Part shown: positions 27,001 to 41,360 of the stretch, piece after piece | Position numbering within the stretch: the first letter of the stretch is position 1 | Layout of the letters: every line of letters begins with the position of its first letter | Assembly: GCA_012295275.1 (NCBI GenBank) | Contig: CM022679.1 | Span: 17,980,001 to 18,044,000 of the forward strand | Reading direction: 5' to 3' | Source of the DNA: Chrysomallon squamiferum | Lineage: Eukaryota > Animalia > Mollusca | Length of the DNA: 64,000 bases | Position numbers and translations under genes: made by a program | The notes under the pieces: model-generated | Database searches by the model: none | Told to the model about the DNA's origin: nothing | What the model saw: the letters and a program-made list of their open reading frames with translations, nothing else

Positions 27001-30000
27001 AAACAGGAAAATCCTACAATGCGCAAGCACCTGCTAAATCAAACACATTTAAAAATGCAATCCAGGATAGTAATCCTTTAAAACAGTAGAGACCAATATG
27101 AGTGAAATAAAACAAAACTGAGGAAAAAAAGAAGAAATAACAATAAAACATTAAAAGAAAAGAAAACACACACACAAGTGTCTGCTCAGTTGCTACCCCA
27201 AACAGTAGTGTTGTTGGTGTCAGCCCGGGACATAGAAAGTCCTATCTTATGTAGTACCGGTTTTCCGAATTATTAATGTCCAGGAAGTAGAAGGAACTAA
27301 TTGGTTTGTATGTTCTGCATTGCAGATTGAGTAATATTTTCTTTGAGTTTTATCACTTAAGGTGCCTAAAAAAGGATGGTTGCTAAGGACTTTTTAAGGT
27401 GAATGGACTGTCTCCAGTTGGCTAATTTCAGTGGCTTTTTTCTCAGTATTGCAATAGAGAACACTAAAAATGTCATATCTTTAGGAGTTTTTGTCCAATT
27501 TGCATATAAGTACGATTTTTTTTCTCCTTTTTCCTGTTATATTTTGTAAATGCATATATGTACTCCTTTAGGAAATATTCATATCTCAATTTCTGTTTGA
27601 AACAAAAATAGATAATATTCAATTATGTTCTTGAACTGATTTGCTTGTTTCAGATATTTCACATTGATTGTTTAAATGTTTTCTGAATTCTTCAACAGAA
27701 ACTGAAGGAATTGTTAATACTTGAAACAGCTCATACAATGCCAGGAAAATGACAATTCTGAATGAGTGGACAAGCAAAATTAAATTCCTTGTTCTTGTGA
27801 ACTGAGTATTTTATTTTTATTTTTTTATATTTTTTATTAACTTAATAATTTTTAGACTTTGTTGTTAATATGTGATACTTCATAAGATACATGAAAGTCT
27901 TTTGTTTTAGTTTTTTTGTTTTATTGTGGGTTTTTTGTTGTTATTTTTTGTTTGATTTTTATTTTATTTTTATAATTCACATGACAGAAATTGCCAGTAG
28001 CTATAATATAAATACTTTGTGTTTGATTCCTTTTGTTGAGAAAAAAATCACGAATTATTCCTGATGATTACTTCACACCAAAGACTGAGATGACCTGACA
28101 AACTCAGTGATGAACAAGCTGCCAGTGTGAAATCAATAACTTATCTGTCATAGATAAGCATGTTTCTCTTCCCTGCCTTGATCATTTGAATCACAGAGTT
28201 TAATTGAAATAGTAACAAAACTGATATTTTAAAAAAAATTTAATTTTTTTTTGTTTCTGTAAAGTTAGACGACTAACTGGATAAAGCAAAAGAAGTATCT
28301 GCATAATGCACCAACATTTCTGTAAAAAAAATAAAAAAAAAAAAAAAAAAATGTATAGTTAAATTGTTAATAAACAACAAAAAGAAAGAACAGAAGAATA
28401 AATAAAGTGTGATCTTTAGAATGATAATTAAAATACTGGCAGGGGAAATTCCATTGCAAACACTAACCTGTTTGAACTTTTTGTTACTGTGTGTATTAAT
28501 GACCCCTATAATAAATTTGACTTCCCCTGTACCTTTAATGACAACTTTTCATAGTGATAGTGACTTACAAAGTTATAGTACATTAAGCTTGAGGTTAATA
28601 CAAACCTATATTTAAAATAAATGTTTATATCAGTTAAGTAAATCAAACATGAGTTTCATTAACAACTGTCTCAGAATTTTTGCTTGTTCTGTATTCAAAA
28701 TTAAAGTTGTGGTTACTTAAAAAGTTAGGTAAATTGAGATATGATGTTATGAAATATATCATATTTTGATTAATGTGTAAGTATCTTTTTCCATTTTATG
28801 CAAATTGTTTTACTAACTAGTAAATATTCCCCTTTACAATACACCTACAGGTTATAGACAGAATTTAGTAGCACGTTCTTTGAGAACAGTGAATTAATCA
28901 TCTAATCTGCCACTCAAGACAAGGTTGGTATTTGCCAGAACTTGAGTAAAAAGCAAATATCTGTTTTGAGGTGGAAGACTGAAGTTTCATGCTTTCCATA
29001 CAATGGCTAAGTGTTTTTTAATTAACATGTGTCTGTCTGTTATTTTACCTTCTAATATACAAATTACTTGTGAAGAGATGATAATGACTTCGAAGGTAAA
29101 AAAAAAGAAAAGAAAAGAATGCACATCAAATATTAAAATCATTCATAAATTGTTTATTACATTTAGAGAGTAAAGTTTTCTTCTTTTTTTTCACCTCCTT
29201 TTTTAATTATTATTATTATTGTTTTAAAGTTTCAAAGTTTTTTGTATAAATATTTCATTGATTTTAAATAAGTTTGGCCACAATTCATTTATTGAAAATG
29301 CTGGCTAATTGTATTCTTGGTTTAGTTTTTTCTTGCATCCATCTACTAATAACATAAAATTCATTGTTTGTGAATATAATCTTTCAGACATGTCAAATTT
29401 TCTTGCAACAAATTCAAGTTTGGTAATGCATAGAATTTTTAAAGCATTAATTAATTTTAAATACTATTCAGACAAGCCATCATATTGACATCCAAATGTG
29501 TGGTCAAGAATCTTTCTGTCAGGTGTCTCTGTAGAAATTGTTGTAGCTGCAAATGAATATGTCATGTGCTGAAGAAGCTAAAGCTAGTTGGCAGATTTAT
29601 GTTTCCATTATAGTTAAATATTTTATGTCTGCTTCTAATACATATACTTAATATTTTTAAATCATCATTTTCTAACCATGTCTGTGTTTATAAAAGCTCT
29701 AGGGCATTTAGCACTTCTACAGTGTCTGCAAAACTGCAACTGTCTATAGTCCATATTCTTTAATTAGTTTTCATATTTTTTTCATAAACACTATTTTCTG
29801 ATATTTCTAAAAATTTATTTTGGTTTTGTTGTGAATAAATAAAACAAAAGATATTTTATAATAAATCTGAAGTTCAGTGCCATTCCACCTTGCATTTCTG
29901 GAACCAGTGTTATATATGCTGGCTGTGAGTGAAATTTATTTATAATTATATTAAATTGACAAACAAAACGTTTTATTTTTGAGCCTTGTCATCTCTCCTT

Positions 30001-30124
30001 TACCATTGGTAGATAGATTGCCATTATTAGTTGATCTTTATGGCAGGCTAAAATTAATCACAGACTTCTTGCTGAGATACTTATTATTTAACTGAGATGT
30101 ATTGATTTAAAAAAAAAAAAATTT

Positions 30125-30292
30125 ATTTCACATAGGGATTTATTATATAAAAAGGGTCTGTTCCCCCCCCAAAAAAAAAATGGTTTGTCTTTTTTATGAG
30201 GAAAGAATGAAAAGTATATCTTTTAAATGTCAGTTGTTGGTTCAGTTTCGTTTGCTGAAGCTTGAATATTTCCTCCAGTTGCCTAACAACAC
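30125..30292 (-). repeat. Short repeat family R3, inverted partner of 38927-39090
   Basis: agtatatcttttaaatgtcagttgttggttcagtttc is the reverse complement of gaaactgaaccaacaactgacatttaaaagatatact. Confidence 0.8.
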
Positions 30293-31153
30293 TCATAGAA
30301 ATAATCAGAATACTGCTGTACTGGCAGTATGCCAAATAACAATATAAGGCCACTCAGAAAGATTGAAAGGTATATTACAATTAGCTTTGCAGTTAAAGGG
30401 TGTTACATATGTATTTGTAAATCAGATTTTTATTATATATTTTCTGTAACACCAAGTTTAATTTAATTTTGTATGCATTATGTGATCTGAAATGCTAATT
30501 GAGACATTTTTATATGATGTAGTCAAAAAAAGGTATGATAGTGATGATAAAATATTAAAATTAATTGCTTTATTTGTATTTTTGGTATATGTTCTTCAGT
30601 AATAAGGTCTTGACAAAATAATCATATTAATGTGGAATAGCTTAAAATAAGAATCAATGTTAGAGAAAAGTGTCAAGGATTTGACCTGTTAAAAGATAAA
30701 ATAAACCACAAACACACACATACACACACAAAACACACATATATACCTATGGTTATAATCATTGTCTATTATTTCAGGTTATGTGCAGTGAAAAGTCTTT
30801 GGCTACAGAGTAACTAATAAAAAGATACCCCCAAAAAGTTAAACCTTAGGACTTACTACTTTCACCATCTGTACTAAAAATTCTATGATGTCAAATTTGT
30901 AACGTAATGAGATTATCTTCAGAATGGGTCATAAAAATGACGCTTTAAAATGTAGTTAGTAAAGAATGAAAGAAAGAAAAGAGAAAAAAAAAAAACCTCC
31001 AAAAAAAGAGTGATTAATAAAACAAACAAGTAAGTTTCATTTCTAACAGTGTTTTTCAAAACTGGAAAATGATACAACCTAGGCCACTGATATGATAAAA
31101 CATTACAGATGATACCTTGTACCCAATATAAAAAAAACATCTAAAATATGTCC

Positions 31154-31157
<4 letters not shown>

Positions 31158-31195
<38 letters not shown>

Positions 31196-31264
31196 GGATA
31201 GTTAGATATGTAGACTGATAGTTACATAGATTTTTGCATATGAACACACACACACACACACACA
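31158..31264. repeat. (TG)18 followed by (AC)10 microsatellites
   Basis: Read directly: 31158-31193 and 31244-31264. Confidence 0.9.
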
Positions 31265-31924
31265 ACACTGTTCAGTTATTGTTTGTCTTTTTTTCACTTG
31301 ATATTTTTTTATAATAAAATATAAATCTTGTTTTGCCATTATATTCCAAAATAATTGCTTTATGGAGGCATAAATCAAATTGAAAAGCTGTTTTTCTCTA
31401 CAGAAAATCAATATTTGTTATGAACCTGCTGGCATGTTTTAATAAAGGCAGAACAATCTTTGGTTAAAAAGCTTTCTCATCCTCATCTGAATATCTTTGC
31501 AATAATGAAGTCTCAAGTAAACAATTAGTTGTCCAGTGCAACCTACATAAAAAATGAAAGAGGATGAATCTGAAAGTGACCAATTATTTTCACTATATTT
31601 TTAAGTAATTAAATTACTCAACAACTTGGAATTAATTACTAAGTTTTTAAACTTAGGAAATTATATTTTAAGGCCACCTTAGGGGGAATAGAACTAAGAA
31701 GTTATTCCTCTTCATACTCTTTTTAAATATGAAGTCAGTTCTTCTATGTTCAAACTAGCTTAATTAAACCAGATATAAAAATTAAATATTTTTAAAATAA
31801 TTTTAATCTCATTAATTGTTATAGCCTTAAGATTAAAAAGTTGGAAAGTTAATCCTGAGACCAAATCCTATTTAAATTTTAATATTTTAAAGTGTTTATT
31901 TTGTAATTTTATAATAAATTAGCA

Positions 31925-32498
31925 CATAGTGAAAGCTGTAGCAAAATGAATGAAAACACACAAAAAATTATGACTCTCTCTCCAGTGGTTGAAAAGATAT
32001 ATGCAGATTGGTACGATGGGTATTTGGTCAGTTTTCAGCCCTATTTTCACTAATTAGCAGAAAGGGCTACTTTGGCCAACTCTAGTTTGAAAAGTAATTG
32101 ACCCAAAAGGCTGAAAATCAATAAGAGTGATGGGACCAACTTGCTAAATGAGCTCAATTTTTTCAGACCTGTATGTATGTGTGTTCACAGTAACATGCTA
32201 AACATGCCAAAATTATCAAAATGACACATGGCAAATGACTAAAAGTGCAAACAGACATTGTGGTTTCAGTTTTTGTCTCATTTGACAAATTCAACCTGTG
32301 TTGTGAAAAATTGATCAAGATCTTTCAAATGACATACTAACATTTATATTAAAAATATTTATATTTTTTTTCTGTTGAGCCTATAAAACAAAATTTACCC
32401 ATTCAGTTTATATAGAACAGCACAACTTTATTTACATAAGCAGCTTGAATTTTCACTCTATTAAATAATTAGTAGTAATGAGTTAAGATACTGTCGTT

Positions 32499-32529
<31 letters not shown>

Positions 32530-33726
32530 ATGTTACTTTAAAGGACTACAAGCATTTGATATTTAACCATAATCCTCTGCAGTACATAAACTCGGCTAAT
32601 CCTTGGAGTTTACTCCAGAAAGATGTTGCAGGTATTAATTAGGGACAATTAAATGTATGTAATCATGAGACTAGAGGCAATTAAAGACACAGGTGTGGTA
32701 ATTGAAGCAGGCATAAAAAAATTATGTACTTACTGTGATTTGACAGCAAACAAAAGTTACCTATCATCTGACCATTTTTGAAATTTTCTCTGATAGAGTT
32801 TATCAACAAGCAAAAATAATCTAAGTTTTAAAACTGATCAATTTATGGTTTTATGTTTTAAAAAAGTTACTAGATTTTTATTCAGCATTCCATCAATACT
32901 ATTGAATATATAGTTTAGTTTGTTATAGTTTAGGATTTTTAATGTTTATCACAAGAATTTTGAAAGCAAAATAATTCAGGGTATTAAATGGAAGATAGTA
33001 ATCGGCAAAACAATGTTAGTTCATTTATTTCAGAATGCGATTTTGCCACAAACATGTAATGTATATGCTAAAAGTAGGAACACTGATGAAAAACACAGCC
33101 AACAAGTTATTAAAAATATAAACAACATATAATCATTTTAAACAGTGCCAGACCTTTCTAGCTGTACATAAAATCTACGACGATTTCAGTCTGTAGAAAA
33201 CATCACTTGATGGCAGTTTCACTGAGCACAACCTATTTTCAAACGCGGAGCTTCTTTTCACTAAAGAAGACACACCATAGTGTCACACATTGTTTGAAAG
33301 CTAATTGAATGATCTTCCATTTGATCCCTTGAACAAAGGTTTTATTTTTGGCCACTTTTTTTCAAAATTGGTTTGAAGGCATGAAAAAGTAAATTTTTTG
33401 ACAAAACTTTTGATGTAAGCTATTGACAGTGACTTACACACTATTAGAAAGATTGAACTTTGACCCTAGTAGCTGTGCAAAAAATAACATTGAAGCCCTT
33501 TTGGCGAAAACAAGTGCCCCCACCACGTTTAACACTCTCGTACAAAGAACTGATTTAACATACAACAAGAACAACAACATTTAAAAGAGTACATAATGAT
33601 AATTACTTCCATGTATTTGTTTTTTATGGTGGATTTCTAGAAGGGATATGGGAGTGGAGGAAAATGGACAAAATCTGAACTTTTAACGGCTTTTACCAAT
33701 TATATCAGCTAGGCTGCTGGTATCTA
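31925..33726 (-). repeat. Repeat family R1, copy B (inverted)
   Basis: Reverse complement of copy A (31925-33350) and of copy C (33570-33726 vs 40501-40655; 31925-32350 vs ~40960-41300). Confidence 0.85.
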
Positions 33727-34549
33727 AAATATGTAGTCAGATATATGTGTCCTATCTGGCAAAAGAAAGAAAAAAAAATGATTCATATATGCATTACTAC
33801 TTCATCATAAAACTAATGATGCAGCAGTTTTCTGTAATGGACATTTGTATTTATTGAATGCACTGCCCTTGACTATATGTACATTTATTTATTACTTTAT
33901 AAGACAGTTATTTATATATCATGGGATAGAAACTGGTATATTTTCATGATACCAGCTTTTGTGCTGTTAACAGCGAAAGGCTTTTAAACTTGTTTTATGA
34001 TTGCACTATCAATTAATAGTGCTGTATTTTTCATTATTCTGCAGAATCTCTGGTTTTATAGAAAAGCAGGTTGATGAGTCTCTATTTTACATTTGGAAAT
34101 ATAAAAGAGCTCCAAGATCCTAAATGTTTTGCAATATCATAAAATTTTCAGATAGTCTAGCATACAAAAACATTACATCATGCACAAAATTATTAAATAT
34201 TTTAAATTAAAATACCTTAAGATAATATAGACTAATAAAACAGTATATAAAATATAAATGGATTTCTTGTTCAGACTTGAATCTTACTTTCAGTAAATAA
34301 TTTTATATTTAAAAAATATAAAATACTTTAAGTTCCAAGCATTTTTGGTAAGAGATAATCAACCTATAGAAATAGAAAGATATGTCTCCATGGAATGTTT
34401 TTATTGGTGTTCTCTGAGTGTTTTCTGTTGCTAAATATGTAAATCCATTTATTCAAAGAATCTTGTTATTTGGAAAATTAGTTTTAAAGCTCAGTCTATT
34501 TTGCAGTATGTTCAAATCTGCTGTCAGTGTCTGAGAATTTTAGCAAAAA

Positions 34550-37033
34550 TGGGCATGACCACCATCCTTTGAACCCTCATATCTCAGGAACTACTGGGCC
34601 AATCTTCATGAAATTGGTATTGTTGAAAAGGCAATATGACAAGGATTCCAAACCTGCCATTATTATTCAGGTTTGAAAATTTGGGTGTCACTGACCGTTT
34701 GACCTTTGTTATGACCTTGAAATTGACCGTGTGGATCACGTGACCTTGAGATGAGCTTTATTGAAATTTAATCTCCCACATGTTAACTAAAACATATAAA
34801 AGTTTCCTGAGAGTAATATTTTTTGTTTAGCCATAATATAGATTTAAAAAATGCATACCTGCATGGATGATTGATAAATGCATTACAATGTACATTTTTC
34901 ACATGTATACACTTCTCTGAGACCAAAAACTCATCTTTGGAGTTAAAACCCAGATGACATATCTGAAGGAATGCCTGAAGGATATAAAAAGATGCATAAT
35001 GGCATGACATATTCTACACAATCAGGCTCAAAGGGTTAACAGGCATGTCAGGAACTCCTTGAAATCCCCAGGTGAAATCCCCATTGAACACATGGCAATT
35101 AGAAGTTTAAGACAAAGAAGTTTCTTCATCTGCATTTCTTTGACAATCTGAAGCTTTTTAAGTTGGATGTTGTTAAGTAAGCATTGTTTTCTTCATAAAA
35201 CCTATAAAGTCATTTTATCATGTCATGTGGCCTTGCCATTGGTTTTGAACAAGGTTTCAGTCAACAACAGTACAACCCAGTCTGAAATCAAACTTCATCA
35301 AGTGATGTACTGCACAGATGGCACAGAGTATGAACAAGGTCTACCTACACATTGATAAACTGTGATTTATACTTGAAAGTTTGACCTAAATGCCGAAGGC
35401 TTGTGGGCCTTTGGCAAAGACACATGTACTGTGCTGCCATTTTATAACCTGCTTAACTTTACTGAAAGGGTTTCAGGGTTTGATTTGATATTTAGGAAAG
35501 CACTGACTTTGTTCTATTGAATTGAAGGTGCAGGCAATACTGAAAATCCTCATTTCTTCCAGGACTAACTGCAGCTTTTATTCTCCTGAAAATGTGTGTT
35601 ATCAACACAATCATACCAAAAAGGAGTTGTTACAAAGTATGGAAAACGGAGGACGTCAAACTCCTCACTCTTCGAAATGGGATCAAAACACAGGACATCA
35701 AGATTATCTGTTGACATCAAGTTTTCAACATTACGGAAAAAGTGTTGTGATCCCCTTAATCACCATCCTAAGCAAGCACGCACTATATCTTTAAGAATTG
35801 TTAGCATGGGCACTTACAAATGATTAGTAAATCCAAAGACACTAGTGCTAGGAGTCAAGTTGTGCTGTGACTGTTTGATTAGCCTTCAGAAATCAAAATT
35901 CCAAAATCCTGCAGAGGATGGCTTTAGTATGGGTGGTATTACTATGGGAGAGTTTGATGATATCTTGTCAGACAAACCACTGGTTGTTGTTTCCCCAGAA
36001 AAGGACTTTGATTTGAATTCTATTCTATCAAGTTTAGGCGAAACTCATGTTAAGCTCCATTCACTAGCATGTTCCAGTAAATGAATGAAAAGACAGAAAA
36101 ACTAGCATCGGCTACAGAAACATTAAAATGACATCTTGAAACACTCTCTGATATTCCGCTTCATTCTCCTGAAAGTGATCTTAATTTTTTCAGGAACATG
36201 TAGGAGGAGTTAAAATAGAAATTCAACAAGTCTGAATCCTACCCAGAGCGTGTGCAAATCTTGACTTTGTCACCCTTTACCATTTGAAACAATGAATTAC
36301 CAAGTGAAAAAAAGCCGTGCAGTGAAGAAAGAGAAAGGGGTTCTATCCTTCTGTGATAAGAAACAACGGAAAGTTCTGTCAAACGAATTGAAGGAGGAAA
36401 AGTACAATTTTATGAAAGTGATGAGAACAGTAGAATGTGTCCAGGAATGAAGGATACAGTGAGCATTTGAAACAAAGATGGTGAGAAGGTTAAGCATCCG
36501 AAACACCTAGTTCTCTCAAATTTATGTGAACTTTATGCATACACTTAGGCCTACAATGTCTTACTCGATGATCAAGAGAGATGGTGATTCCTAGCATCCA
36601 GAATTGATCATTCAGGTTTTAGTTAATCAGATGTTAATGGCAGAAAAGTGTTATTTTCATGGACATGCATTTTTTAAATCTATATTGTCGCTGAACAAAA
36701 AATTTTACATCCAGGAAAATTTTATATATTTTAGTTAACATGTGGGAGATTAAATTTCAATAAAAGTCATCTCAAGGGCACGTGATCCACACAGTCAATT
36801 TCAAGGTCATAACAAAGGTCAAAAGGTCAGTGACACCCAAATTTTCAAACCTGAATAATAATGGCAGGTTTGGAATCCTTGTCATATTGCCTTTTCAACA
36901 ATACCAATTTTATGAAGATTTCAGATTTGGTGCTGTGGAATCTCCGTCAACAATTATACCAAGTTTCATAAAAATCTGAGACGGTCGGATTTAAATTTTT
37001 ATTTTTTTTGAGTGAATTGACACAGAATGATCC
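34550..37033 (+). mobile_element. Sola2-like DNA transposon with long inverted repeats and a degraded transposase
   Basis: About 260-bp inverted repeats at 34601-34860 and 36661-36920; hand translation near 36402-36540 gives VQFYESDENSRMCPGMKDTVSI*NKDGEKVKHPKHLVLSNLCELYA (FYxxDxxSRxxPGxKDxV motif as recalled for Sola2); right end ...tgacacagaatgatcc. Confidence 0.75.
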
Positions 37034-38926
37034 ATATATATTATCTTATAAAAGTGGTAAATGATGCCTTACATGCCACGAAAATGTATTATACTTCTCA
37101 CAAATTGCATTGTAAATTATTTTAAATACAGGCAGTTCCCTTCCCAGCTATTTTTTTTCAACTGTTTTCCCCCACTGGTGTTTTCAGTTGTCTTACAATG
37201 AATATCTGAGGGGGGTAATTTCCCACTGCACTCTCTTGTTTTATTTAATATAACATTTTTTTCCATTCTATTAAAACAAAAATTAAATATTTAATTTTTT
37301 TAATTTTCAATTGTATGAAAATAATGGCTAAATTTGTATTATTCTTGATGTAAAATAATAATAATATCAATGTTTTTAATCATAAATATATTTCCAAAAC
37401 CTGATCACTGGACCAAGTTGATTAATGAAAAAGCATTGAAACAATGGACAAAAATTGACTGACACATGATGTACATAAATCACTGTAACTCTGGTTCTAG
37501 ATAAGATATTGTAATAATTTAAGCACAGTTATCTTCAGTATACCTTATTTGTTCTAACTAACCCACTTACAGTTCCAAATGTGAAAGTCTGAAATTTTAT
37601 TAATGTACCTATTAAAAGGCATATTTCACTTAAATACATGTTATATTAAAGATAACATTAAAACAGTATTTCATATTCATAACTTAACCTAATTTATTTG
37701 CTGTAAGGCTGCTAGAACATTGTATACTAATACCATTTTTCTTATGTGCAATAACATACAGTTTGAAAAATGTTCTTAATAATGTTTTCTTGCATTTTAC
37801 AGTGTCCTTAAGATAAGTCCAGACAGAAACTTCACCTATCTGTAAACAGAACTCATAACTAAACATTAACCTTGAGTTGACTTGATGCCTTATCCACAGC
37901 ATTTACAACTGTGGTAGTGCAACATATTATATTAGCTGGTTAAAGTGCACACCTCCAGTATGAAATCTCTTCCTAATTAGCTGAGTGGATAACACTGGAT
38001 ATTTCAATTTATTTGTTTATTTTTGGGGTAAATCATTTTGTAGAGTTCAGGCAGTTTACAATCTGTTGTTGTTCACTTAACCAGTTTTACTATTCATACA
38101 GGCTTAATACCTTCGGGTGATATAATCAAGTCTTTGAAAGACTGCAAATCCAGTGGTAGTTGTATACAATTAATGTTATATTGGTTAGCATATAAAAGTA
38201 GTTAAATTAGAACATTTTTATTAATTTGAACCATGATAGAACTTTAGTTTCCTGATATTGAAAAATTATCAATTTAGTTACCTGAAAAACTTTGTCATAA
38301 ATACTATAAGATAGAAGTAAAAATAATGTGATTAGATTATAAAATACCTTACCCTTTTTTTTTTCAATTCATTCATAAGAAAAGAAATTGAATTATATCT
38401 GATCAATGAAGTTAAGATAAAATAAAGTCTTGGTATATGATCATGAATATATAAAAATGAAAAAATATTTTTCTATAAATGAAAAAAAATAAACTAAATT
38501 TAATCCAACCTCTCATATATATCGTTTCTTTACTTTATAAATTATGGACATACTCCTAACAAAATAAAGAGACTAATGGATTTTTTTGTTTTAGTCATGC
38601 AGCATTATTATTAAAGGCACCATACACACACACATATGCACACACACAATAATACAATGAAGAAAATACAAATTTAACATTTTGTTAAATTGTTAAGAAT
38701 GATACACAAGAAATTGAAGTGCTACCTTAATGAGCAGTTCCTTTTTGTTTTTGTTGTGTATTTGTATGTCTGTGCAGTTGAGTAAAGAGCCTTTCTGTTC
38801 TTTTGTATGTATGAAAATGAACATGAAAATGTGCATTGTGAATTTGAATTTCAATGATGAGCATATTCTTCCTTGAAACAGTATTTATAAATCTGTAGCT
38901 ATATGAATGTGTTTTGTTCAATAACT

Positions 38927-39090
38927 GTTTTAGACAACAGGAAGAAATATTCGATCTTCAGCAAAGGAAACTGAACCAACAACTGACATTTAAAAGATAT
39001 ACTGTTCATTCTGCTCTCACAGAAGCAATAAACCAGTTTTTCTTTATTTTGGGAAAACAGACCCTTTTTTTATAAGCCCCTTTGTGCCAA
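38927..39090 (+). repeat. Short repeat family R3, about 210 nt upstream of exon 4
   Basis: Inverted match to 30125-30292. Confidence 0.8.
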
Positions 39091-39300
39091 AAATAATTAT
39101 ATATCCCTTTTGACGTATACTTGGTACACCCTGGAGACTTAAGATACATTTATGATGATATTATCATTTCTATACATTATCATTATTATGCTTGATGTAA
39201 CTTAATTTAAATATTACTTGTATAGAAGAATAACAAAAAGTGATTTAAAATATATTTTAATTGATATCTTTTTAAAAATGTTATTTTTTTTAAATTTCAG

Positions 39301-39355
39301 TTCGATTACACGACAGTATTCAGGATGAAGGATTTCATTATTTAGTGTTTGATTT
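39301..39355 (+). CDS. CaMKII: CaMKII exon 4 (55 nt): (V)RLHDSIQDEGFHYLVFD(L)
   Basis: tttcag acceptor; |gtaagt donor; in frame with neighbours (phase 1/2). Confidence 0.97.
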
Positions 39356-39462
39356 GTAAGTATACTTCATTTTCACTTTAAACATTTTAAATTTTAATAA
39401 AACATAAATAATATAAAATTCTGAACTTATCTGCATTTCACTTTATGAACAGTCATTTACTA

Positions 39463-39751
39463 CTGTTGACTCTCAATTTCAGGAAATCCACATCAAATCT
39501 TGGAAATTTGAACTTAATGCCATTTGCACTTGAAACCTTACCTTAGGTTATTCTTAGTCCCACTATGATCATGGCAACTGTTTTATGTCTGTATATCGAT
39601 CTTACAGTATTATATTACTGTTTTATAAAGCTCTGTTACATATACTAAAGTTTAATGTTTCAGTAAATTTTAGGGTTAATGATTTCCCAGACATTTCCAT
39701 TTTCTGGACTGGTGCTCCTCTCAATTTGTCCCTGAAACTGAGAGTCAACAG
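39463..39751. mobile_element. Tc1/mariner-type MITE
   Basis: TA|CTGTTGACTCTCAATTTCAGG ... CCTGAAACTGAGAGTCAACAG|TA. Confidence 0.85.
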
Positions 39752-40500
39752 TATGTATCTTTTGCTAGTAAAAGTAAAAACTTTTCAGTATTGATGTTGT
39801 TGCAGGATATGAGTAATATGATGGTTCTTTTTTTTTTCTTTTTTTTTTAACAAAATGAATTTGATTAACATATGCATTTCTTAATGAATACAACAGACTG
39901 AAGTTATTGTATGCTTCAATATGGTTTTGATCATCTTCAGGCAGCAACTTTATAAAAGTGTAACTGATTGAAAGGAGAACTTCTGTCAAAAGCTTTAATT
40001 TAAGGGCCATCAAATAAAGCAGAAATTGCAAATTGTACTGTTATAACTTTTTTCTTTTTATTACTTGTCGTAATTGACTGTATCATTGCACCTTGTAAGA
40101 ACATGAATTTCAGTGGTTACATTTAAAATAAAATAAAAATTTAAATTAAAAAACCCTTCAAACTTAGAACCAGTCACTGTTTTATCACTGGTAATACTTA
40201 TATCCTAATTACTTGTTTGCTTATCAAGACAGAACACTGGCTATAATTTTGAACAGACAGTGAAATATTTTCTAGACATTTGAATTTTGACCTACATGGT
40301 GTAGTTCATTATTAAAGATTTTAATGACATTTTTTTCAATAATTAAAATGAAAGCAATTTCAAAATATAAATGACAAAAATTTGTTTTTTAATTTAGTAG
40401 TTTCGGTCAGAATTGATATAATTTTTCATGTTTCTAAATCAGGTCATAAATAAATATGCTTCACTTTCTTAGTTTACTTAAATCTTTTTTGTTTTATATG

Positions 40501-41360
40501 TAGATACCGGCAGCCTAGCCAATATAATTGGACAAGGCTGTTAAAAGTTCAGATTTTGTCCATTTTCCTCCCAAATCCCTTATGTAAACCCTACTATGAA
40601 AAACAAATACATGGAAATGAAGATCAATATGTGTTCTTTTAAATGGTGATGTTGTTTTTTTTATTCTTTTTTTTTTAATATAATTTTTTTTATTTATTTC
40701 ACTGACTGCAACAATGGCAGATCAGCTGCTGTTTAAACTATAAACAACAACAAACAAATGTTAAATTCTAATTAATTCTTGCTGACTTGTTTTCTCAATG
40801 CTTTGGGGCTTACAGTGCCAATAAATACATGGTTGCTGTGTACTGAACATAATGATAATGGTGCACTGACTCGCAATTTTCCTTCAAATTGAAAAGGTAC
40901 TGTTTTTCATGGGCATGGCTGATAAAAAATGAAAAATATTTTTTATTAAAAATGTTAGATACAAGTTTGTCATTTGAAAAATTTTGACAAATGTTCATAA
41001 GGCTGGTTGAATATTTCAAATAAGACCAAAACTGAAATCACAGTGTCTGTTTGCACATTTAATCATTTTAGGACCATTCTGAGATCATTTAACAAGTTGG
41101 TCCCAGCACTCTTGTTGATTTTAAGACTTTTGTATCAATTATTTTTCCAACTACAGTTGGCCAAGGATGCCCTTTCTGCTAATTGCCAAAATATAGTTGA
41201 AAATGGACCAAACAGCTGTTGTACCAATTTGAACTACTGGAGATAGTCATATTTTTTTTGGTGTGTTTTGTTTCTTTTTGCTATAGCTTTCATTTTGTGC
41301 TAATGTTCTTGCATATTACATAAAATCAAAGTCAGAAAAAAAATTCCAGCATGTACCTGT
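40501..41360 (+). repeat. Repeat family R1, copy C (internally deleted)
   Basis: Shares tgactgca.caatggcagatcagctgct.tttaaactataaacaacaac and aaggctggttgaatatttcaaataagacc with copy A. Confidence 0.85.

Noticed and set aside
31158-31264. (TG)n/(AC)n pair as a functional hairpin
   Set aside because: Simple microsatellites are abundant in the window, and these are far from any exon.
18640-37033. Idea that 18640 and 37033 are the two ends of one 18-kb Sola element
   Set aside because: The flanks differ (TGCT vs ATAT), so there is no TSD; more likely independent fragments.
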